A stretch of 64,000 nucleotides of DNA from Ignavibacteriota bacterium (GTDB taxonomy: Bacteria > Bacteroidota > Ignavibacteria > UBA10030 > UBA6906): NCBI GenBank assembly GCA_963801355.1, contig CAWDEM010000008.1, positions 1,856,001 to 1,920,000 on the forward strand, in the 5' to 3' direction. Positions 31,153-39,809 of the stretch are shown piece after piece. The stretch's first letter is position 1. Every line of letters starts with the position of its first letter. Below the pieces are notes generated by a model, which saw nothing but the letters and a program-made list of their open reading frames with translations, was not told where the DNA came from and searched no databases. The position numbers and the translations under genes are program-made.

Positions 31153-31534
31153 GAACGGTCCCTTCCTGGAGTTGCCCGCAAAGTAGCTTCCCGGAAGGCC
31201 TTTGTCCATCACTTTGTCCCGGATTTTGCCCGTCATTTGCACGTCATTTCGCGTGACCACACAAAAGCCTCTGCCGGCGTTCGCCAACAGAGGCTTCTGG
31301 TCTCAGTACAATTGCTCACCCTCGCATCGGAGTCCCTGCTGTAAGCAGCGAGGCCCTATGATTCGGCTTCCTGCAATATGGGATTCCCCACAGGGATAGT
31401 CAAGCTGGGGAATGCAATGACATCAGGAAGGCTCTGGAACGACATATCGGCCGAGAATGGAGACGCCCAAGCTCATCGCTTGGGCGCCCGTGCATCTGTT
31501 AACCTAACGAAGACTATTTGAGTCTTCGTATACC

Positions 31535-31558
31535 TCGCTCCGCGAGCAGGACTCGAAC
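31535..31558 (-). repeat. att-like copy of tRNA-Asn 3' end (24 bp)
   Basis: tcgctccgcgagcaggactcgaac identical to 39345-39368. Confidence 0.92.
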
Positions 31559-32327
31559 TAACACAAAACTCAAAATATGGAGAAATTCGGCACTGTTTGC
31601 GTCTCAGAGTTCTCCTTATGAACGGTTTTCACATCTCAAGGGTACAGTTACGGTACAGTGATGAATCGCAGCCCCAGAGAATTCCCGAGACGAAAGAAGA
31701 TTGACACAAACAAGAGACCGCTCCACACATGAGGCGGCTGTCACGGTTGTTGGCAAACAAATGGCGCGCCAGCTGAAAAACAGCTGTCACGCCATTTCCA
31801 AAAACCGTTCCGTTTCACCTCATTGCGTGACAGCCGCCGTGGCTCCCTCCGCGCCCGCGGCATCGTGCGTCCGCAGTGGAACTTAATAGCCCTGATACTG
31901 CATCCGCACCATACCGCTTTGCCAAAGCATGCAGAGCAATAACGCCTTCCCCTCGCTTCACTCGCAAAGTGCGCTCGTTCGCTCGGCGTCGGCGTAATTG
32001 CAGGCTCATCGGGCAGCGAATGTCGAGAACCTCACTTTTCCCCACCCACCACACACTACGTATGGTTTGCGTCCTCGCTCTGCATTTTGCATTTTACGTT
32101 GTGCGCTATTCCATAATCCTAACCACCCTCGATGCACACTGATCTCGCATTACAGGATTTCCCCCAACACGAGGAATCCTGAGTGCCGGCTTCAGACTCA
32201 GGAGAAGACGTACTCATCTGTGTTCTGATGGCCAATTTCCGTTTTGCGACAATGCAGGCAGCTTTCACACTTCTCTGTCTGTGACAACTACCGTTTAGAG
32301 AATTTTCATAAATGAGCGCTAAAGAAA

Positions 32328-33479
32328 ATGACAGAAAACCGCATTCGCCTAACCCGCCAGGAACTCTACGACAGAGTCTGGTCCACTCCGATCTCTCGTA
32401 TCGCGAAAGAATTTCGGCTCTCTGATGTCGGAATGTCAAAGATCTGCAAGCGCCACCAGATCCCAAGACCCGGCCTGGGTTACTGGGCACGAATTGCTCA
32501 TGGCCAGAAGCCAAATCGAGAGCCTCTGCCGCCTGCAAAACCAGGGGATTCAGAGATCATTGAGATCACCGTCGATCTGAGCAAATCAGAGGGTTCAAAC
32601 GCAGACAAGTTCGAAGACACAAAAGCCGAGCTTGAAAGGATTCGAAACCTACCGCAACCAGTGGTTGACATGTCATCCCGACACCTGAAACATCCTATGA
32701 TACAAGCACTGCAGAAGATCCGTCGCGAGAAGAAGCCTTCTCAAGAAGGCGAACTCTCAGAGGCCAACCGGAATCTGCCCAACCTCACGGTAGCGGCAGG
32801 TAGCTGGGATCGTGCAATCAGGATTCTGGATGCGATATTCACATACGCAGAGAAGATTGGATATGTTATAGCTGTTGAAGAAGAGGAAGGGACATTCATA
32901 CGTGTTCTGGGGGAGAATATCCAGATCCGTCTGAGGGAGACACTGAAAAGGAAGCCAAGGGTTCCTGCCTCTGGCACATTGGCGTCCTATGAGCCCAAAT
33001 TCGACTATGTACCAAGCGGAATCTTGTGCTTTTCGATCACAAACCTGTTTTCGAAAGCAGGCGCACAAACCGAATGGTCCGATACCCAGATATCAAGACT
33101 CGAGGATCGTCTGGCGGAGATATTCGAAGGACTAGTTGAAGCAGCCGCAAGATTCCGCGTTTGGCATCTTGATCTAGCACAGATGCACAGCCGATATCAG
33201 GAGGATGAACGCCTGAGAATCGAGAGGGAAGAGAGAAGCAGGCGGGAAAAAACACAGTTGGAGAAACTCCTCATCGAAGCCAACAGCTGGCACAAGGCAG
33301 GGTTGATTCGAGCATACGTCCAGGCAAGGCGTGAGGCCGAGATCAGAAAGAACGGTGAAATCACGCCGGCAAGCGACTCTGCCCGATGGTTTGAGGAAGC
33401 ATTGGCAATTGCCGATAGAATCGACCCCCTCCTCAACAGGGCGTCACAGGGAGAGGATGAGAAGGACTCAAGCGATTGA
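32328..33479 (+). CDS. Conserved hypothetical mobile-element-associated protein with N-terminal HTH-like region
   Basis: LTRQELYDRVWSTPISRIAKEFRLSDVGMSKICKRHQIPRPGLGYW; C-terminal W..A..IR.Y and W...A...ADRIDPL. Confidence 0.75.
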   Translation: MTENRIRLTRQELYDRVWSTPISRIAKEFRLSDVGMSKICKRHQIPRPGLGYWARIAHGQKPNREPLPPAKPGDSEIIEITVDLSKSEGSNADKFEDTKAELERIRNLPQPVVDMSSRHLKHPMIQALQKIRREKKPSQEGELSEANRNLPNLTVAAGSWDRAIRILDAIFTYAEKIGYVIAVEEEEGTFIRVLGENIQIRLRETLKRKPRVPASGTLASYEPKFDYVPSGILCFSITNLFSKAGAQTEWSDTQISRLEDRLAEIFEGLVEAAARFRVWHLDLAQMHSRYQEDERLRIEREERSRREKTQLEKLLIEANSWHKAGLIRAYVQARREAEIRKNGEITPASDSARWFEEALAIADRIDPLLNRASQGEDEKDSSD

Positions 33480-33620
33480 TTGCCTCCAGAGGCCTTGTCG
33501 CGCACCGGCGTGTGTTCTTTGGAGAGGACAGGGGTACTAAACTCCGTCGATCTCGACGGCGTATCAGCATAAGAACAAGAGCTGCCGAACGAGTTCCGTT
33601 TGACTCCTTGCACCTTGCCC

Positions 33621-33773
33621 TTTTTCGTGGGGCGGGGGGATTTGAATCCCCGGCCTCTTGCTCCCGAAGATTGCGGCAATCTCGGAATCCAGCGAAATGA
33701 GGCCAGTTTTGCAGATTTGAATTACATGGAGTGCATTGAATTACACAAATCGCCTACAATCTGTCTACAGTGA
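33621..33773 (-). repeat. ~153-bp direct repeat copy 1, containing the 3' half of tRNA-Pro(CGG)
   Basis: Highly similar to 38838-38991; minus strand TTCGGGA..GGGGATTCAAATCCCCCCGCCCC; paired tgaattaca and ctaca motifs. Confidence 0.9.
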
Positions 33774-33942
33774 CCAGAGCGAGAACAATCGATTCGCAGG
33801 CGCGAGATATATGATCGAGACAACCGCTGCAAGCTGAGCACCAATTATCCCGGATAGAATTTTGAAGGGACAGGTTCCTGTCACTCGACCTCCCATCTGC
33901 CACGCAAAAAAAATCAACGATGATCCCTGAAACATTCTCCCT

Positions 33943-34407
33943 TCACTTCGCCCGGGTCCAGGTCTCTGTCCTCCCAAGGAGAGGGATCAGGATGTACCCC
34001 CTCAACTCCATCGTGTTTTCGCTCACCAGCCTGAGCTTGCCGCGGTATTCTCCTCCGCCTTCGGGATCGTACACCCTCCCGTCCACCCAGACGCCATCCC
34101 CATCGTACACGAAGCCGTACACCATCTCCATACCCAGAATGGGCCGGCCGCGCAGTCGTTCGTCAGAATTCTGATCGTCAACTGCCGGCCTTCCATTCTT
34201 CTCGGGTTCTTTGAGCCAGACAATCTTGCCGAAGTACCTGTCGTCTGTCCTGTAGAGCGCGATACGTGCTTTGGCGTCGGCTGTAAGCCACTCGCCAAGT
34301 ATCCGATCGCCCTCGAGTGGAGTTTGCTGGCTCCAGGCGGGAGGTGCAGCCGACAAACATCCCGCAACCGCAAGGATGGAAAGAATTGATTGGGCGCACC
34401 GAGTCAT
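33943..34407 (-). CDS. DUF2147-domain secreted protein
   Basis: ILGEWLT, GKIVWL, D..N....LRGRPILG, W.DGRVYDPE.G..Y, LRGYI....GRTETWTR. Confidence 0.88.
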   Translation of the reverse strand: MTRCAQSILSILAVAGCLSAAPPAWSQQTPLEGDRILGEWLTADAKARIALYRTDDRYFGKIVWLKEPEKNGRPAVDDQNSDERLRGRPILGMEMVYGFVYDGDGVWVDGRVYDPEGGGEYRGKLRLVSENTMELRGYILIPLLGRTETWTRAK

Positions 34408-34546
34408 CTTGATCCTCACACAAGGGAAATGCATTTTGACGAAGAATACAGAATCGGAGAGCCAATCGCAATTCGAGAGTGCGATTCGGTTGCACCCGTC
34501 AGAGAATTGGTGCATGTCTGCCGGTAAGGAGGACTTATTCCATCCC

Positions 34547-34846
34547 TTACGCCGCCTGTCTGTAATAGTTGTGATGTAGCCCACCCAGAACAGGACTCAT
34601 GCAAACAGCACCCCCTGTCTTGTCCGGTTCACCTGGCTTTGGTATCTGTTGCTCATTCCCCTGATGCGGTCGCTGACCATTGAAGAACAACTTGTCGTGT
34701 GTATCGAATTGGACCCGGTTCTTCCTCACTCTCTGCAGCAGGATATCGTTTTCCTTCTTAAGCACCGCGTTTTCAGAGAGGATGATCCTTTTTGACCGAA
34801 AGGCACGGAGAAAGAAACGGGGCATGGTGGCGAGGAAGATTATCAT
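34547..34846 (-). pseudogene. Internally deleted integrase-core-type transposase
   Basis: N-terminal FRSKRIILSENAVLKKENDILL fused to C-terminal RPHQG..QQIP...PVLGGLHHNYYRQAA. Confidence 0.75.
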
Positions 34847-35004
34847 ATCCACTCTGAAAGTGGGGTATGCTTTCCAGAGCAAAATATTGGCACTCTAAAG
34901 TCAGATGGAATAAGACGGCATGTTTAAGACAAAGTAAGCCTCGTCTCCGGTGTGTATATTGTCGTGTCAACGAACAGTATACCACCACCAGAGGGAGGCT
35001 TACC

Positions 35005-35575
35005 ATGCACAGCGAATTTACAAAAGTCCAGTTCACCGGTCAACATGTCTACGTCGGGATCGATGTCGCACAGAAAGGTTGGAGGATCTGCATCTATGTT
35101 GGTCAGTCGTATCATAAGCGCTTCTCACATGGGCCGGACCCGAAAGTCCTGGTCGAGCACCTGCACCGGAACTTTCCCGGCGCGATCTACCACACTGTTT
35201 ATGAGGCCGGCTACTGTGGCTTCTGGATCCACCGGGAGCTCACGAGACTGGGAGTCCACTCCATGGTGATCCACCCGGCCGATGTGCCGACCACCGACAA
35301 GGAGCGGCACACGAAGACCGATCGTGTAGATGCAGCCAAGCTTGCCTGGGCCTTGGCCAACGGTGGCCTCCGCGCGATCTACGTGCCGGAGCGCGTGGCC
35401 GAGGAAGACCGGATGCTCGTCCGCATGTGAGCCACCTTTGTCTGCAAGCAGACCCGTAAGAAGAACCAAATCAAGGCGCACCTTCGCTGCTTCGGCGAGC
35501 AGCTGCCTGAGGACATCACGGACCGGTATTGGTCGCGGGCCTACATCCAGTGGCTCGAGTCCCCCCTGCCCACAC
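35005..35575 (+). pseudogene. IS110-family transposase, nonsense-interrupted and truncated
   Basis: DEDD RuvC-like motifs YVGIDV, YEAG, KTDRVDA; in-frame TGA at 35428 with homology continuing (KQTRKKNQIKAHL..WSRAYIQWL). Confidence 0.85.
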
Positions 35576-35792
35576 ATGGACCAAGGGCAATCTATCTCCC
35601 ACTGTGGAGAATGTGACTCCTCGGATTCTAACTGTGCGCACCACCCTTTTCGCACGTCGACAAATCTCCTCTGCTCACTTCATGATCGCACAGAACATCG
35701 CACTCAACTCATGATCCATGATGGCAGTTTGCAGCGGATGGAATATTGAAGAGGCACACGGGGGTCTCAGCGAAACCTCATCGTACTCGATG

Positions 35793-38387
35793 TCACCCAT
35801 ATTTTGCCAAAAGAGCCTGAAACCTCGGATTGCTCCTAAGCGGATCATAGATCGGGTCGAGCCGGAGGATGGGCACGGTGATGTATTTGGGTGCCTGAAG
35901 CGACAAAAGAAATTCCAGTTTGTCAAGTGCAGCGTCAAGTTTGCCGACCATGATATAGACCTGGGCCAAGGCTATGACTGGCCATACACCATCAAGGGCA
36001 TCCGTTGAGAGCGGAAGGAGCTCCACCGTAAGCTGTGCCTCCCGAAGGGCCGCCTCCCTCTGTCCAAGACCAGCGCAGACAATCGCTCGAGCGCGGTGAA
36101 GTATCCAGTCATCGGGTCTTTTGGCAATTTGAGGTTCTAAGAACACCCGGGCAGAATCAAATGAGGCAAACGAGCGCACCGAATCCTTCATGAAGCGGTA
36201 GATGAGTCCTTTCATTGGGATCATTTCTTCAGCAAAGGTCGGGTATGAGGGTATATCTGCAGGTGAATGATCCAGCCGGTCCAATGCCGATTGATACTTT
36301 CGTTCGTAGATATCCAGCAGGGTCAGCATTTGCCAGGCTTGGTACTGTGTTGGGGCTCGCTCAAGCGTGCTCCGGCTCTTCTCTGTGTCACCGCGCCACA
36401 GAAGGTACGTGTGAGCCTTGTTCACGTACGCGTGACGCTGGTCAGGCAGAAGAGAAATGGAACGGTCGAAATACCCTTCAGCCTCGGGATATTTGCCGAG
36501 TAGCTTAAGCGTGCCACCAATTTCCCTCGCAAGGGCATCCGCTTGCGGCTCGAGTGCGAATGCCTTCTTGAGACCTTCTAGTGCTTGTTCAAATTTACCC
36601 TGCCGTCTCCAAATGTAGGCAACATCGGCAAGAACGCCGCTCGCATTCGGGAGTTTCCTTTTGGCAACGTCAAATGCCTGGAGTGCCCGCCCATAGTCCC
36701 GGTAGCCGTAGTAGTAGTAATATCCGAGCGCGTGGTATGCCTCCGGCAGGTCCGCTTGGAGTGCAAATGCACGGTCAAGACAGCGCTTGGCCATAGAGAG
36801 GCGTTCCTTTGTCCGGTCGTGACCTTGCCAGTAGTACAGTAGATGAGCGTGTGAGAGCGCCGCATAGGCCAAAGCGAAGGTAGTATCAAGCTCAACTGCA
36901 CGTTCGAACATTTCGATCGCCATCTTGATTTTGGGGCCTTCGATTCCGCCGAGGGACCGACCTCGGAGATATGCCTGATAAGCGTCAAGGTTCTTCGTTG
37001 GAACCGCTTCAATAGTGCGTTTCTCACCTTCGCCCAATACGATATTGAGAGAGGTTACTACTCGCATGGCGATATCGGTTTGGACGCTGAAGATATCATC
37101 GAGCGTCCGGTCGATGTTATCTGCCCAGAGATGGGTGTCGCCTTTGACCTGGATCAGCTGCGGGGTAATGCGGATCCTCTGGCTGCTCCCGGTCTTCACC
37201 CACCGGATGGTCCCTTCAAGGATATAGTCCACGCCGAGCTCTTGGGCAACCAGAGGAAGTGTCTTGGAGCTCTTCTTATACTGCATGGCACTCTGCCGTG
37301 AGATCACTCCAAGTGTGCTGATCGAACTCAGCCGTGAGGTAATCTCATCGGTGAGTCCATCAGCGAAGTACTCATCCTCGGCGGAGCCGAGATTCTCAAA
37401 GGGAAGGACCGCGATCATCTTCAGCCGAGAGGGTGATCCCTCTTGACGGGAGAGGAGAACATAAGCTACAAGAGCCAGAGCAACCAAGCCAGCGACAGTG
37501 CCGTACCAGAAGAGCCTTCTGTTTCTTCGGCGAGCTACGGTTGAACGCTGGGTTAGTGCACCAATCTGTGACGTAAATCTCGAACATGATCGAAGATCAA
37601 CCAGGACCTCATCCATGTGCTGGTACCGACCACGGGGATTTTTGGAAAGGCATTTCTGCACTACCCGATCCAGCTCCATCGGCACGCCTGTTCTAAGGGC
37701 CGTGATGGGCTCAGGCTCGGAGTTGAGGATGGAATACAACAGTGCATTCTCGTACTCCGCCTCGAAGGGTCGCTTTCCCGTGAGCATTTCATAGAGAACG
37801 ATGCCCAATGACCAAATATCAGTCCGGTGATCTGCCGGGTCTCCTCGCGCCTGCTCCGGGGACATATAAGCCGCGGTACCGAGCGTGGAGCCCGTCTTAG
37901 TCAGCATCGTTCTATTACTCAACTTGGCCAAACCGAAGTCCACAATCTTTACCACTCCCTCCGAAGTCACCATCACGTTGGCGGGCTTTATGTCCCTGTG
38001 GACGATCTCATGTTCGTGGGCTTTAGCGAGTCCCTGCGCGATCTGCATGGCTATCCCCACGGCCTCCTCGATCTTCAACGGCCCGCGCTCGATCTTCTTT
38101 TTGAGCGTCTCGCCTTCGTACAAATCCATGACGATGAACAACTGACCGTCGGGGGTTTCATCGATGTCATGAACATTGCAGATGTTGTTGTGTTGAAGCG
38201 AAGAGGCTGCCTGAGCTTCGTGTATGAACCGCTCTTTGGCTTCGGGATCAGTAGTAAGGGCCGGAGGGAGGAACTTGAGGGCGACGGTGCGTTTGAGGCG
38301 CGTGTCTTCGGCCTTGTAGACAACGCCCATGCCTCCGCCGCCAAGATGCTCAAGGATTCTGTAGCGGGAAACGAGTTTGCCGATCAT
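35793..38387 (-). CDS. Hanks-type Ser/Thr kinase with TM helix, TolB-N-like domain and TPR repeats
   Basis: GGGGMGVVY, HRDIKPAN, DFG, YMSPE; IAVLPFENL; TPR repeats. Confidence 0.95.
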   Translation of the reverse strand: MIGKLVSRYRILEHLGGGGMGVVYKAEDTRLKRTVALKFLPPALTTDPEAKERFIHEAQAASSLQHNNICNVHDIDETPDGQLFIVMDLYEGETLKKKIERGPLKIEEAVGIAMQIAQGLAKAHEHEIVHRDIKPANVMVTSEGVVKIVDFGLAKLSNRTMLTKTGSTLGTAAYMSPEQARGDPADHRTDIWSLGIVLYEMLTGKRPFEAEYENALLYSILNSEPEPITALRTGVPMELDRVVQKCLSKNPRGRYQHMDEVLVDLRSCSRFTSQIGALTQRSTVARRRNRRLFWYGTVAGLVALALVAYVLLSRQEGSPSRLKMIAVLPFENLGSAEDEYFADGLTDEITSRLSSISTLGVISRQSAMQYKKSSKTLPLVAQELGVDYILEGTIRWVKTGSSQRIRITPQLIQVKGDTHLWADNIDRTLDDIFSVQTDIAMRVVTSLNIVLGEGEKRTIEAVPTKNLDAYQAYLRGRSLGGIEGPKIKMAIEMFERAVELDTTFALAYAALSHAHLLYYWQGHDRTKERLSMAKRCLDRAFALQADLPEAYHALGYYYYYGYRDYGRALQAFDVAKRKLPNASGVLADVAYIWRRQGKFEQALEGLKKAFALEPQADALAREIGGTLKLLGKYPEAEGYFDRSISLLPDQRHAYVNKAHTYLLWRGDTEKSRSTLERAPTQYQAWQMLTLLDIYERKYQSALDRLDHSPADIPSYPTFAEEMIPMKGLIYRFMKDSVRSFASFDSARVFLEPQIAKRPDDWILHRARAIVCAGLGQREAALREAQLTVELLPLSTDALDGVWPVIALAQVYIMVGKLDAALDKLEFLLSLQAPKYITVPILRLDPIYDPLRSNPRFQALLAKYG

Positions 38388-38475
38388 GGGAAACCTACAC
38401 AGGCGTGTACTATCCCGACGGCACAAGGAACCAACGGTACGGCGGAATAATACGGAAGGGGCGCACGATAGTCAA
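38388..38475 (-). promoter_or_regulatory. Sigma70-type promoter plus conserved kinase 5' leader (copy C)
   Basis: TTGACT (38475-38470), 17 bp, TATTAT (38452-38447); leader contains tgccgtcgggat. Confidence 0.75.
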
Positions 38476-38837
38476 ACAGCCGATTTCTACTGGGGCGATT
38501 GTCGCACACTGGGATCCGGAAATACGAAGGGATACACTCATACACTCAAAAGCCGCGACACCTTTGCGGCATCGCGGCTCGTCATCCCTCACAGCTGAGG
38601 CATGAAACCTTGCTCAGGTTTACAATTTCAAATCACAGCGTGGTCACCCTCACCATTTTCTTGCAGTGAATTCTGCTTTCTTCGTGCGGGATCTTGGCTC
38701 GGGGCCTCTTGGTCGCGGGCCAAGCGTCATCCCACACCTAGCGAAAACAGGGCACATTTGACCGATTATTGTGCACCAGGCGCACTAGAAAATACAGCCC
38801 ATGTACAGTCGCAGATCCAAGACGCCAAATAACCGCG

Positions 38838-38991
38838 TTTTTCGTCGGGGCGGGGGGATTTGAACCCCCGGCCTTTTGGTCCCGAAGATTGCGGCAATCT
38901 CGGAATCGAGCGAAATGAGGGCAGTTTTGCAGATTTGAATTACATGGAGAGCATTGAATTACACAAATCGCCTACAATCTGTCTACAGTGA
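38838..38991 (-). repeat. ~153-bp direct repeat copy 2, containing the 3' half of tRNA-Pro(CGG)
   Basis: Minus strand TTCGGGACCAAAAGGCCGGGGGTTCAAATCCCCCCGCCCCGA; no tRNA 5' half. Confidence 0.9.
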
Positions 38992-39314
38992 ATTCCGATG
39001 GGAGACACTTGACGTTGCTGGTTAAGATGCGGCTGTCCACTTGGGACGGTCACTATCGGCCTTGTAGATGACACCAACCCTACGCCGGAAAGGTCTTCGA
39101 GGATCCTTCCTCCTCAGGAAATGTACCGCCCTTCGCTCAAAACAAACCAGCTCACTCGACCCTTCCCTATCAACGAGTCCTTCGCCCACTCTATTCTCAC
39201 TTTTCGAATCGGTCCCCTGATCATTTGGCTAATGATGGAACTCTGGCTTGGATGGAATTTTGACGAGGGACAGCCCTTCCCAAGGGTACAATTACGGTAC
39301 AATCGTGTTCCCAC

Positions 39315-39345
39315 AAAAAAATCCCCTTTAGAATCAAGGGGATTT
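39315..39345 (-). terminator. Intrinsic terminator after tRNA-Asn
   Basis: Stem aaatcccctt/aaggggattt with a U-run on the minus strand. Confidence 0.7.
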
Positions 39346-39347
39346 CG

Positions 39348-39731
39348 CTCCGCGAGCAGGACTCGAACCTGCAACCCTGCGGTTACGGCATGCTCCCATG
39401 CTTTCGCATCGGTCCGGACTATCTCATCATCCTATGACTCGTCCTGCGTCGCAGGGGGTTCTTAGGATGCCGGGCGCTCGTGGGGCTTATTGGTGAGAAT
39501 CCTCATCCCCTAGTCTCTGCACGTTCCCCGCTACACATCTTCTCTTTGCGAGGCTTCGCTCAGGGTTGCCATGTCCCACGACAGTGAGATGTAGGGTTCC
39601 CTGAATTCACCCGGTTTTACACTCCCGATTACTCGAGAGCGCTGCTTTTCCTGCATGAACCTGCATATTTCCAAAGATCACGGCTCACACAGAGCTCACA
39701 GCCGCATGCTCTACCATTGAGCTATCGCGGA
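39348..39731 (-). tRNA. tRNA-Asn(GUU), split by an intron (exon 1 39731-39698, exon 2 39385-39348)
   Basis: Joined exons give a 72-nt cloverleaf TCCGCGA TA GCTC AATGGTA GAGC A TGCGG CTGT^TAA CCGCA GGGTT GCAGG TTCGAGT CCTGC TCGCGGA G. Confidence 0.95.
39386..39697 (-). ncRNA. Group I self-splicing intron (312 nt, no ORF) at anticodon position 35/36
   Basis: Exon ends in U and intron ends in G; P AATTCAGGGAA, Q AACCCTGAGC, R GTGCAGAGACTA, S GAGATAGTCC; P3 CCGGGTG/CGCCCGG, P8 CATCCTA/TAGGATG, P9 ATGC-GAAA-GCAT. Confidence 0.93.
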
Positions 39732-39809
39732 AAACATTTCAATATACCCATCCCCGGAGAAAATGTCAACAACAACAACACGAATCGAAAACCGGCCGGG
39801 ACCCGGTCC

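Larger units (their letters stand above)
6037..31534. mobile_element. Genomic island segment carrying a CAZyme cluster, bounded by tRNA-Asn 3' repeats
   Basis: Flanking direct repeats at 6015 and 31535; no intact integrase inside. Confidence 0.65.
31559..39344. mobile_element. tRNA-Asn-proximal island (7.8 kb), integrase-less
   Basis: 24-bp direct repeats; the same arm-like motif caagggtaca(a/g)ttacggtaca near both ends (31637, 39281). Confidence 0.7.

Noticed and set aside
34890-35004. Possible IS110 bridge-RNA region
   Set aside because: Short, element ends undefined and transposase disrupted; no structure I can support
38838-38890. Possible complete tRNA-Pro gene (also at 33621-33670)
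   Set aside because: Only the anticodon loop to 3' end is present; no D-arm or 5' acceptor strand
39121-39465. ORF ending in SASRTRTCNPAVT
   Set aside because: Antisense read-through of the tRNA exon and intron
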